In this document: positions 1 to 12,369 of the stretch, in pieces
How positions within the stretch are numbered: the stretch's first letter is position 1
How the letters are laid out: each line of letters starts with the position of its first letter
DNA from: Dimorphilus gyrociliatus
Taxonomy: Eukaryota; Animalia; Annelida
Direction of reading: 5' to 3'
NCBI GenBank assembly: GCA_904063045.1
Contig: CAJFCJ010000025.1
Coordinates: forward strand, 620,001-684,000
DNA length: 64,000 nucleotides
Program-made: the position numbers and the translations under genes
The notes under the pieces: generated by a model
The model's database searches: none
Told to the model about the DNA's origin: nothing
The model's input: the letters and a program-made list of their open reading frames with translations, nothing else

Positions 1-699
1 CTTTTAGAAGCAATCAATAAATTCCAAACAATAACAAACAGTAGTAAAAACACTTGGAAAAATTTTTATGAATGAAATTTAAAGATTTTCTTCTTTTCTT
101 TTGTATTTAATCAATAAAGTGGAAAAAAAAACTGTTTCACCTCTAAATAGGGAAATTTTTATTTTATCTTCTTAAATAGAAAAATATTAACCAGAGATAA
201 AGAAAGTTTAATGACAGAAACGCTTTATCTATTTTTTCAATATGGCAAATAGTATATATCTCAATAATTAAATATTAAACATATAAAGTACGTCTACGTA
301 CGAGTCGATTATTTATAGATCGCTACTTGGAACTGTTTTACTCTTAAAACAAACATCAGTAATAATCGTTCAATCTTTCTATATATAATATATTACATAC
401 TTATATATATATACATAAATACTACGTTCGAATTGGAATAGTTTTTTTTCTCATGGCTACAGTAGATACTATATATAGGTCTAAAAAAAAAGAAACTAAA
501 CCCTATTAGAGTGACGAATATAAACATGTGTAAAGATTACATAACAAACTAAAGTCTACATTCCAAGGCTGAATTCTATTCAAAATAGAAAATATCAATA
601 TTTTAAAGCTGTAAAAAAAAAATTAAAAAACTTTTTTTCTTTTTAGCATCTCACTGTTGATATAGAAAAAGGTTATTTCTCTTTTTCTACCTATGCTTT

Positions 700-727
700 T
701 CTCTCTCTCTCTCTCTCTCTTCTCTCT
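700..727. repeat. (CT)n microsatellite
   Basis: Directly visible. Confidence 0.9.
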
Positions 728-967
728 ATCTATCCTTTTTTGATATTTATATAAATCTTTAGTGACGCAAGCTGGCGTAAGATATTTTTTAAGCAATCTA
801 ATCTGAAGAAAAACAATCCGACTCGTTATGCAATAATTTTATATGTGCTATTATAGGCTAAATGGTTATTTTTTGGATGATAAGATAGAATGTAATGTAA
901 TTCCAAGTAGTGTGGCAGTATCCGAATGTATAACACTTTTTTTATGTAACAGTATAAATAAACCCAC

Positions 968-2814
968 CCCAAATGCTCCTGTCGAATATGCTTTTCAATC
1001 ATGATTCTTGTACTCATGATCTTTTCACAATTTCTCCAAGTGCATTGGAAAACCGTCCTGGTTCCCTGAAATATCAATAGATGGCGTTAATAAATTTTTA
1101 ATATTCAAAAGGGTTATGCCCATTATCCATGAGTCCTAAATTTGCATTATTCACAGGCAACAACCGCTGCCTTTATATGCCGGCATACAGTTTTCCTGGT
1201 TACTATAAATACTTTTTCAACTGGTTCCCTGTTGCATTCTATCGTTTTGTACAGGTAACCAGTCTTCAACCCCAGTAACCGGTCATCACACCGTAAATAC
1301 TGCAGTACGAGAGGACGTCGAACTGCAATTTTTTGTACTCAAAATAGGATTGACGTTCTTAAGGTGGTTGTAATGGCGGTCATCGAACGTAAAATACTTT
1401 AAATAATTTATGCTAATTAACACTTCATTAATTGCACAGCCGGTAATCTAGGCCTACACATATTTTCCACGTGTGGCAATAATGACATATGTCATCCCCT
1501 ATGTGTAGCTGACAATTTCAACTGTTATCTTATCAAGTGAAAAATTATAAAAATGAATAGTTTAGTTTTTAAGGGCTTCTCTCTAGGCCAACATCTGTCC
1601 TTGACGAAAATAGGCCTATTTTGTAGTGCAATGTTCTATCGTGTAACCTTTGGACCACCCTTGTCACATTTTTTAACCATTGATTAGAAGGAAAAGGATC
1701 TAACCTTCATTTCGTCTTCTTCATTTGAAGAGCTCGACATCGTGTCGATCATATCATCTTGCAGATTTGGTGGAGCTGAAGTGGATAGTAACGATGGGGG
1801 CGATTCGGATGGCATACTGAATACTCCGCTTGAAACACTCCCCGAGTTATCTGCAGGCATATTGTCTTGATGCAAGCTGTCACGTGATAAAACAATTGTA
1901 GCTTACCTTGGTAAGAGGAAGATAGCTTTGGCGAACAGCTGAGGGATGTAAGAACCATAGCTGCCTGTTCTTCATCCATAATTTCCTCTGAACCCCGTCT
2001 ATAATAAAAAAAAGAAAAAAAATAATAGAATTTTATTAGTCCTACCTAATATAAAAAAAAATCGAACAAATACTAAGTACCCATGGCGCATAAGCATTGT
2101 GATGGGTGACACCCCAACGTGGCCTGTTCTGGGCCATAAACATTTCAATAAACCACAGTACGATTAATACATATATTAAAAAGATTTGTTAAACGTTTAC
2201 TAATTGTCATATGACTTCGCCGTCGATCATATTTCTATAATAAGGTTGAAGGTACGAACCGGCTTAGGTCTCACGATCACTCATGAGTCACCAAATAAAG
2301 ACCTAAATTACCTCTGTTTTGCTGGGACATCGATAGAACTCGATACAGCTCGCCTCTTTGATTCTGAATGCACATCTGCCAATCTACAGTAATCCTTGTC
2401 CTGATCTAAAAGTCTTGCCGATTTTCTGCTCCTCAACAACCTTACTTCTTCCAGACGCCTTTGAATTTGTATAGTTGTTGAATCGGGTAGAATGCAGCTT
2501 ATTAAAACTTGGTTGTCATCGTCATGCGAATCAACTGTACCGCACAGCTCCCTACCATTGTAGGTGATATATACTTGCTGTCCCTCCGGAAGTTGACAGG
2601 AGGTAATCGACTGGAAACCTCCTCCATATATATTCTTTTCATCGTATGTTCTTAGGATTCCATCGTCGAATTTGATCACGTAGAGATCCTCGTCGCGGGG
2701 GCCAGTTTTAGTACTATTTATAACACCGGCGTAAAAGCGGCCATCTTGGCCCGGTGCGCAGACTTTTGTGCCAACGATCGACCTCTTTGCTAACCTCTTT
2801 GTACCGAACATCAT
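968..2814 (-). CDS. ZNF704: ZNF395/ZNF704 (Glut4EF)-family zinc finger protein, 5' part; 3' exons not found in the window
   Basis: Exons about 2814-2312, 1998-1907, 1850-1705 and 1066-968 splice in frame at GT-AG sites. N-terminus 'KRLAKRSIVGTKVCAP..DGRFYAGVI' (DUF4772-like), motif 'MDEEQAAMVLTSLSCSP' and C2H2 finger 'FQCTWRNC..IEKHIRQEH'. The C-terminal C-clamp was not seen. The symbol denotes the family, not strict orthology. Confidence 0.85.
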
Positions 2815-3947
2815 GGACGAATATAGAGATTACATTCCAGACAAGCGTTTCACAAAAAAATTTCGGTGAATCTTTCGTTTTCCGGAGCCTTTTTCGACCA
2901 AATACTGCGTATGATCTACAGTCAGCTGTTTTAGAAGCCGGTTTGTTTTGATTTTTTCCAGAATGGGCGGGCGCAATGCAAAATTGATCACGTGGCGTTG
3001 TTTATAGAAGCCTTATTGGTTGCTCTGACGGAAATAACGTCAGATTATATTGTTAATATTCATGTCAGTTGCCGGCTTTGCAGTTTTGTTTACATGCTAG
3101 TTTGGACAATTTTCAATCGTTATGAAATAATTTTTTTACGACAATTCCTCCCATGTCCATTAAAAAATATGTTACGACGTTTATTTAAACGTATTAAGCT
3201 TTAGTGTAGGAAATATTTGGGTTGAAAATTTGTGATTATGCAAATGAACCTGTCAATCTTGTTGGGTGTTTATGCTGAGTTTAGTTATTGCTGTTATTCC
3301 CTAAAAATATTGTCAACAATTATTTTTTCGAAAAATTATCATCTTAAATATCTCTAAATCCTTATTTAAGCCGTAATATTAATTTCAAATTTTAAATATT
3401 CAGTAACGCCATCTATATAACTCTGTAATATTATCAATTAAAATGAAGATTACATCAACATGAGAATTGCATCAACCCGGTGTAAGCCATTCAGTTTACG
3501 TAGAATAAAAAATATCCCAAAGATATCCTACTAGCAATAGACATCAATAACGCATGAATCGATAATTCAAACCGGCCCTACCACCTTAATAATTCTGTTA
3601 CGCCTTTATGTGTTTTCAAAATTATTCACCTTGTTACATGTCAACCTAGTTTAATCCCAAATAACAATTTTAACCGAGAGAGCACAAAAAAAAGATCAGT
3701 TGTAAAAAAAATGAACCTTTTATTACAAACGTTTCGGCTTCTATCATTTATTTAGTTACTCTAATAAGAGCATTTTTTATAAGGTACTTGTTTTTTTTTT
3801 TTGGCAGCCGGTTAATATTTTTTACTCCTCGTTCCCTTTATTTAATATAAATAGCATATTCTCTAAAGAAGCAGTATGTATAAATTTAAAAACGGGATAA
3901 AAACTACTTCATATCTATAATATCTTGAACGGAAAAAGATGTCTCTT

Positions 3948-5685
3948 TTAAAAGTCGGCTTCTAAAGTAAATTCAAATTGGTCGGCGGCATTTTTTCCAA
4001 CTCCGCTCATGACGCCCATTTTCTGATATTCGCTTACTCTTTTCTCAAAAAAGTTAGTTTTTCCTTCCATTGAAATCATTTCCATAAAATCAAATGGATT
4101 TTCGCTCTTGTAATACTGTCGAAAAAAAAATAGTTTGATTCTATTATTCGTACAATCTCTAAAAGTGATCTAATTAAAAGCTTGATAGCACCTAATTAAC
4201 AAGTTATTATTAAGCTATGAACTGATCAACTATAAAAGGGAAACTCTTGTCTGCTAAAAAAGAGTATATAGTGTGTAGGGGAGTCTTTTATAAAAGTTAC
4301 TGATTATTATTATTATTATTATTATTATAAAATATTCATATACCTTGTCACATTCTAATTGATCTAGAAGCCAATCAGCCACAAACTCTATGTATTGCTT
4401 CATCAATTTGCTATTCATGCCAATAAGAGCGCATGGTAAAGCATCAGTTAAGAACTCTTGCTCAATTTTAACGGCGTCAGTTACAATTTCGTAAACTCGT
4501 TCTTGAGATGGTCGATGAATAAGCTTTTTGAACATTAGACAAGCGAAAAGCGTATGAAGGCCTTCGTCTCTTGAAATTAACTCGTTAGAGAAGGTCAAAC
4601 CAGGCATGAGACCTTTCTTTTTCAACCAAAAGATAGCAGCAAATGAACCTGAGAAAAAAATTCCTTCTACGGCAGCAAAAGCAATAACTCTTTCAGCATA
4701 AGAGGATTCATCGTCGTGGATCCATTTAAGTGCCCATTCAGCCTTTCTCTTCACAGCAGGCATTGTTTCTATGGCATTAAAGAGATAGTCTTTTTCCTCT
4801 TTGCTTTTTATATAAGTATCGATAAGAATGCTATACATCTCGCTGTGAATATTCTCTATAGCGATTTGGAAACCATAAAAGCAGCGAGCCTCTGTTGATT
4901 GAACTTCAGAGCTGAATCTGTCAACCTAAAGATCGAAAGTTGGTTTAGTTTTTCAAACTAAAATCAATATCTATAGCGCTTACTAAATTCTCATTGACGA
5001 TACCATCACTAGCGGCAAAAAACGCTAAAACGTGCGAAATAAAATGCCTTTCGTCGTTTGATAGATTGGCCCAGTGCTCTAAATCCTTACTTAGATCGAC
5101 CTCATCAACTGTCCAGAAGGAAGCCACAGCTTGTTTATACATTGTCCAAGCATCGGCATAATTCGGGTCGATTGGAAAGATGACGTATTTGTTTGGATTA
5201 TCGGAAAGTAGCGGTTCCTCCTTCTCTAACTCTTTCAATTTCCTCCTTTCTTCTCTCTGAAATTTACATTTAAAAACATAACAATATTATTTATTTAACT
5301 AATGTGAACTATTTATTATCGAGCGTTAACTAGGCCAAACTAGAGTTTCAGCCTTAAGGGGGCCAGTTGTACTTACTTTGCCCACTTCGCTGCCCTTTTT
5401 GGGTGATTTTATAGGACTTTTTGTAGGACTCGCTTTTATGTTCTGAAAGTAGTGAGGGCATTTAGGGATATAACATTGTTACAAATTTCCCAACTTACCG
5501 TTAATTGACTATCACTCAAAATTTTACCACTCTGCTTTACAGGTATCTATATAACAGTTTAATTCATTAGGGTATTTCAAAAATAATGAAAAAAGAATAT
5601 TGTGTAGTGTATTGTAGCTAACCACGTTTTCATCGGTTTCTCTTCTAAAAACGGTTGTAGCTTCTTTGTTGATGGTTGCAGACAT
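3948..5685 (-). CDS. RRM2: Ribonucleoside-diphosphate reductase small (R2) subunit
   Basis: Five exons (about 5685-5623, 5442-5377, 5256-4984, 4925-4344, 4115-3948). Di-iron and radical residues are intact: [31 protein letters not shown]. The C-terminus is FTLEADF*. Confidence 0.97.
4303..4328. repeat. (ATT)n microsatellite in the last RRM2 intron
   Basis: Directly visible; it produces the spurious poly-Ile tail in ORF 4254..4838. Confidence 0.9.
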
Positions 5686-5790
5686 TATTTGAACGATTCT
5701 GTAGTAAAGTCGAAGAAACAAGAGTTCTAAAATGAATTTAGAAAAAGAATGCTTTCTCGACTGGAAGAAAGAAAAGCGGTTAATGACAAA

Positions 5791-5897
5791 TTTTGCGCGA
5801 AAATGTTGAACTGAGCCAGAATATGGCGCGTTTGGAGCGTAAACCAATCATTCAGTTTGTTATAAGATGCTGACATTGTATAGGCTACGCTGATTGG
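5791..5897. promoter_or_regulatory. E2F site and CCAAT boxes in the RRM2/STPG1 divergent promoter
   Basis: TTTTGCGCGAAAA at 5791-5803 (TTTCGCGC on the minus strand), GGCGCG near 5825, CCAAT at 5844-5848 and ATTGG at 5893-5897, all 100-210 bp upstream of the RRM2 ATG. Confidence 0.55.
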
Positions 5898-6305
5898 TTA
5901 AAGTGTAAAATTTGATATTTGTAATTTTCCACTATATTTCAATAATAAATTTAATATATTTTTTCAACTTTTATTCGACAAAAGCTATTAAAATGATTCT
6001 TTAAAATCGACTGATGTTGGTAAAAGTTAAGAGAACATCCAGAAATCGTTCTTTTTACACAAATAGATCCACCTTTTAAATATAGAATCGCCCATGCGAC
6101 TTCCGCTGTCAATAACAACGCTCAACGCTAAGAAACTCAATTCTACAAAATTTTTGAATTGGTTAATTTATATTAATAATAGCTCAGTATTAAAAGTAAT
6201 ATTGTATACGAGAGAGAAAGGATAATAACGCTTGCTAGGGAATATATTTAATGTGATAAACGAATATTTTATTAAAAAACAAGATATGATTATTTTAGTT
6301 GAATA

Positions 6306-7680
6306 ATGAGTGATAGTATACGATATTTGGATGAAGAACCTGGGGAAAGGTTGAACGGTAAAAGGAAATCTGGGAATCTTCACAAAGGTAATACATTTTA
6401 TTATTAAAAATCTAATTATTCATAGCATTTTGCAGTTATAAAAAATATTGTAGAAATTATTTACAATGAATTGAAAACAGATCACAGCCTTCTCTGTTAA
6501 TTGTTATTCTATGAAATTTTTCAGGGAGGAGTATCGTTCCTCTTCGATCTACAATTCCAACGAAATATCAAACTGTTGTAATTAGTAACAGCGAACAAAG
6601 AGGATTCTGTTCCCAAGCTAAACGATTCAATTATGAAAATCATTTAACAGAAGGTCCAGGACCTGGAAATTACGTTGGACATTCGGAAGCGGAAACAAAG
6701 TCTACATCTTTTTCGAAAAAGGGTACGGGAGGTTTTGCGTCCAAAAGTAGACGAATTAGGAGGGATTTAGCTGAAAACCATCCAGGAGTTGGATCCTACA
6801 AATTACCTGCAACTCTCAAGTCGAGACACGATTTTTCCACATCAAATACTAGTTCTTTTCACAGGCCAGTTGTTTCTGGGACCAGAGAGCCAAACTCGCT
6901 TCCAGGACCAAATATTTATAAAACTGCGACTGCGGCAAAATGGACGAATAAAACAAATAACGTTTCCGGAGATGCTGCTTTTAAATCGAAATCAAAGCGT
7001 GAACTACTTGTATTGAAAGATTCGGATAGAGTTGCCCCTACCCAATACGACGTAAAGGATACTTTGCAAAGGCAATCGGTTAAGATTCCATTTTCCAGTT
7101 TTAAATCCAGAACTCGAAGACAAATGGCTCCAACACCACCAAAAATACCAGGTAAAAATGATTACGTTTTATTAGCAATTTAATACAGAATTACTATAGA
7201 AAAACTCGTTTTATTTATTCGCAATACAGGTCCTGCTGACTATTCTCCCGGTGAAAAAGCTGATATGAATAAAAAGTTGGGATTTCCGAAGCAGCATTAT
7301 CTTTGTATAAGTGCTCCGGCTATGCCCTTACCAGAAACTCCACCTCTTCCAGGACCCGGTCAATATGATATTAAAGGCCAAATAGAAACTGAGAAGCATT
7401 ATATGACCCATTCTGCATTTGTTAGCTCGTCTAGCCGATGGAATAGTCAAGCAAGAAATCCAGATTTCCCTGGGCCAGGTAGGCTTTTAAAATATTATGC
7501 TTTTTACAAATAGTGTTAATCCAGTGTTGAGATAGTAGTTTTAAACATATCAACAATTGTCTAGTCGTAGAATTGTTATTAAATTTCTTTGTTTTGTGAA
7601 CAGCTCATTATCACCCGGATGGTACCGTGCAAAGCAAACAATCATTCCTTTACAATGCGCAACAAAAATGGATTTGTTGA
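6306..7680 (+). CDS. STPG1: Sperm-tail PG-rich repeat-containing protein 1 (O6-methylguanine-induced apoptosis 2-like)
   Basis: Spliced ORF MSDSIRYLDEEPG...STIPTKYQTVVISNSEQRGFCSQAKRF...EGPGPGNY...PLPGPGQYDI...HSAFVSSSSRW...KQSFLYNAQQKWIC*. It has several PGPGxY repeats and a C-terminal SFLYN..KW motif as in STPG1. Confidence 0.88.
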
Positions 7681-9420
7681 AAAGTTTCCCATCTACATTC
7701 TTACAATACAAATGAAACAGAATTCGTAGTGCCAACGACGTGAGAAGTAGCTGCTACAAACGTACAAATCATAAGTTAAACTGAACTGTTAAGTCAAGTG
7801 TTTTGTTGCTTTTTTTTCCCGTAATCAAAGAGAATTTTTTATTCAAATCAAAAATAAGAAAAAGTAATGTTAAGGAAAACAAAAAATCTGAGGAAATCAA
7901 TCAATTTGCCCGATATTACGAACTAACTATAATCATCAATGACGAACCAGATTTTACATGTCACGATTTCGTTCAGTTTGCAACGCAAGCAAATTTCTAT
8001 ATGATGCTTATAGAATACTAATAGACGATGTGTAGCTTAGTCTAGGATGGTAAATATTAAAATTTTCACCAGACTAAACTTGTACCAAAGAAAAGAGAAT
8101 TAGTCGTTACTATTAAGTGTTAGTTATGAAAGGGGAAGGGAACAAATCAAGTGCCCAATATTGTACAAAAAAAAGTCGATCCTTAACTGTCAAGATCAGC
8201 GTTTCCCTTCAAAACCAAGTCGTATAGAGAGGTTCATTCGAGAGGCAAATCGAAGAACTTATTCTTACCAACTGTATAATTTTTTTCCGAGGATTGCATA
8301 GGATTAATTTCTGCGTTCTTTTATCATATTTATTTGAAAACTGTAACATATAGGTATATATTTACTTACAATAATTTCTTTATTAACAATAGAAAAAGTA
8401 TACAAAATAAGACATACCTCTTTTAACAGGTGCACTGTAGTTGAAGTTACGAGATATTTTATATTAATGTTTGCAGAGGGGCCATTTCTTCAAAAAGATA
8501 GAGGTAAGAAAATATATAAATAAACCAGTATTATGAGCGTAAATCATATTGAATAAGGTATGGTCTTTTAGGAATGTTCTATGGAGGGGCGGATGAGTCA
8601 TTCTATTTTTTATTTCGAAGAGAAGCTTCTTCTAAATTCCAATTATCATCTTTAACAAATCCTATAAATTTGACATTTAATTAGAATAGAATATTTCAAG
8701 GTCACTTTCTTAATATCTTAAAAAGAAGTATTTTTTTATCTCTCTTTCGTTCTGTTGCTTATTTAGGCATGATAATAAACGCAAGAGGCTCCAACCTTCG
8801 TATATCATATATATTTCAGATGGTGTACTCGTTCTTAATATCTATCTTTTCTGAAATGGCGGTTGGATATCCAGTTAGACAAACTTTTCCATGAAAAGAG
8901 GACCGTCACTAAGTACTAATAAAACTTTAATTACCAAGAATTTATCTTTAAAAAACAAAAAAACTATTCCTTCCTTACCGGCTAACAAAAAATTATCTTG
9001 CTACAATTAAATGAAGCAGTTGGACATTTCGCCGAAGCTGAAAAAAATATTTGAAAATGTTTAATCGCGAATATCTCGATGATTTTGTAAAGAATGAAAA
9101 AATATAAATATATAGACTATATAAAAGTCATTTAGAGATATTGTTCGCATATTTAGTCTTTATATGGGATATATTAATCAAGATATTTGACATATCTAAT
9201 ATCGACTTCCCAAATTGGACATGACGCAACTACCGCTTTCAACATGGCGACAAACAGAAATATTCAATTTTCTAATTAAATATATATCAGATAACATTAT
9301 TTTTAAGTCGAAAACTTAACCGTCAATGTAATATAAAAACTTTCATTCTTAAAAGTAGATAAAAGATAAATTTACCAAAGAAATACAAAGAAAATAATAG
9401 AGGTCTTACTGGCTTAACAT

Positions 9421-9440
9421 CCGGATGTAGAGGGCGCAAT
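9421..9440 (+). promoter_or_regulatory. CTCF-like motif
   Basis: CCGGATGTAGAGGGCGCAAT matches the 3' core (YAGRGGGCGC) of the CTCF consensus; a GC island in AT-rich DNA. Confidence 0.35.
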
Positions 9441-10090
9441 CTATGACTTTTACCCAATTTACCCAATTACAAAAAATCTTTAATGAAATGCGATTACTAT
9501 TATGATTATTAAAACTTGTTAAAAACTATTTAATTAATTGAAATGCAATTATACAAGGGTATATTAATTATTATTCTTAATAATTAAAAGTGTACAACAA
9601 CATTGACCAAGGACTGGGCACCATTAAAATATACCCTATAGTGTGGTTAATTATTGGAATAAACATTTATACTATTTTTAAAAATTATTAACTAACATAA
9701 ACTTACAGGTCTATGGCTCTTATGTATCATTAATATACAGCTGATAATTTTAATATATTATATGAAACTAATTGCTATCTTTATTAATATTTTTCTTGAT
9801 TAGTGAAGAATTTAGATAAGAGCTTAACAATAAATTATTCAAGTATCATTGATTTAATTGTATATGTTTTGCTAAGTGACCATATCACATCTTCAAGAGA
9901 ACAATGGTCGATTATTTATGGAGGTAAGGAGACCTCATTAAAATTTGATTGTCGTCAAACTATTCTTCAGTGTTTAACAGATAAATGTATATACAGAGAA
10001 AGAGAGAGGAAGAGGGGGGGAGAGTACTATTAATCATTTTGTAATTTAAACTATGCCAAATATTTTAAAGCAATTATTATCAGTTATAAT

Positions 10091-12369
10091 TCAACAAATA
10101 TTGGAAAAAAGTACATGAAATGCCTATATCATAAAACGTTTGACTACTAGATAAAATCGATATACGATTTTTCACTAATGGTACACTGTTCATTAAAATA
10201 TTTAATATTTTTCTTCTAATTTCAAATTCGCTTCTGCTTGTTTTCCCGTTATATCTTCTACTTGACTCTTCTTTACCTTTCTATTTCGAGTAATAGAATA
10301 ATATATTAATTGATACTGTTATAAACGTAACCTGCTTTTAAAGGTTAATATTCATTCTTACTTTCCAAAAGACTCCCCTTCTTCTATTGTTTCTGGTAGT
10401 GTTTTATTTAAAGTTTCGGGTAATAGTAATGTTAGAATACCTGTCCCCGTTGCAAAGACTCCGAAAATAGTTGTGGGGAATGGTTTCCATATATCGCTCT
10501 AAGAAAGTATGCGATATATATTAATATTGCAAAATAATGACTTATTGCAAAAGTATTTAAGTGAAATACTGACTAATTGACCACCAACGTAAGGAGCAGC
10601 CATTCCTGCTATTCTTGCATTCATAGATGTAAATCCAATACCAACATTCCTTACGCCAGTTGGCATAAGTTCAACGGTATAGACGTAGATAGCTGCAAAA
10701 GCCATTGAAATAGAGGCCTTTCCTAAAATCGACATTGCAGTTCTCGATGCACTCGGAGCTAATAGGAGAGGAAAAATTTCTTTCAGCAATATCAATCAAA
10801 GAAATAATTAATTGCTGACCATCAGTTAAGATTAATGGAATCAAAATAAACCCAGAGAGGCCAGCAAATAGACAAGCACTAGCAACCGTAGGCTTTCTTC
10901 CCACTCGTCCCATGAGATAGATACCTAAGTGTTGAATTTATATCAAGATATTATATTTCAAAAACATCTTATTATGGACCTAGAGTTAGAGCTGGCACTT
11001 CAACTATACCCAATAAGAATGTATTTAAGTAGATGCTACCAGCTATTGTTCCTATATTCAACGATAATCCATAATACATCAGACTGCACGTAAACCTGGA
11101 AACAAATTGTACAATTAAAATAAATTATTGTTATTTTCCTACTTACCAAATGAAGCATAATATTAGTGTTTTTTTCCTTAAATTAGGATAAACAAGAATA
11201 TCCTTAACAGTTCCTTTTCTGGTCTCCATTACCTTTTCTTTATCATCTGAGGCTGGATGGGAAAAATTAAGGTCTTCCGGTAATTGCTTACGATTTATTG
11301 TCGCAATTTTTTCTACAATTTGTTTTGCTTCTTCAAACCTTCCCTGAGAAATTAGCCAGCGCGGAGATTCGTCCATAAAACTATATTATATATTATATAT
11401 AGTAGATATTAAATAATTTAGACGAGTATGAGAATGAAATAGCTAGGTGGTCTGATGGCTTACAAAAAATAGCCGAACAATATAATTGCAGGCGCTGTTA
11501 TTACCAATTGTAGTCTGACATGATCCCTAAGAAAGAAGGCGATTCCTGGTAAGGTGGCATAACCAAAAGCAAATAGCATCTGCCATGTTACCCCGATAGC
11601 AGCTCGGTAAGATTTTCCAGTAATTTCACTTACTGATTTTAAGAAATTTACGTAGTTGAATGATCCTCTATAATGCATATATATAGTACTTACAATATAC
11701 ATAAGCCGCTAAATTTGATCCCGTTGTTCCGATTGCTATTATATATCGACCAATGCAAAAAAGCGGATAATTTGGAGCATAGGTAGCCAAGAAACCTCCG
11801 CCAATTTTAAAAAATAAGTATATAATAACTGTATATTTTCTACCGATTTTATCAGATAGTACACCACAGCTTATCGCGCCGAAAAATCTTCCAAACATAT
11901 AAATAGTAGAAGTTAATCTTACCATCCAGGACTTTTTGCAAACGAGATTCCATTTGCTGGCTATTGTGCTTAGTAATAGTCCCTGATCAAAAACCCATCC
12001 ATCATTGCAACTTATATAGCTGTTCTTATTGGGAAACATGCTCTCTACCCTTCTTCTATCGCTATCGTTCCAACGTAAGAGATCATCAAAGCTAAATTGT
12101 GAATAATTAAGAGGAAACATATCACATTTGCTATTAACTAGTTTGCTCGAACCAGATTCCGTTATTTTTGGAATAGCGATTAATTTCTGACGTTCGAATG
12201 ATAATCCCGAAAGCTCTTTAACGTTACACCAGTGGTCTTGCTTATCACCCACAAAATTCATAACTAATGCTTCAACTCCAAAAAATTCTCCTGCTCCTAA
12301 AGTAAGAAATGCTATAATTTGATAAAAGCCAATTTCCCCAATATATTTAAAGACATCGTCAAATTCCAT
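10091..12369 (-). CDS. SLC22 family organic cation/anion transporter (MFS)
   Basis: Starts 'MEFDDVFKYIGEIGFYQ'. Large Cys-containing first loop ending 'C.DGWVFD...TIASKWNLVC', plus 'SDKIGRK', 'ESPRWL', 'YTVELMPTGVRNVG' and 'LLPETLNKTLPETIEE'. The last exon and stop (about 10091) are uncertain. Confidence 0.9.
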
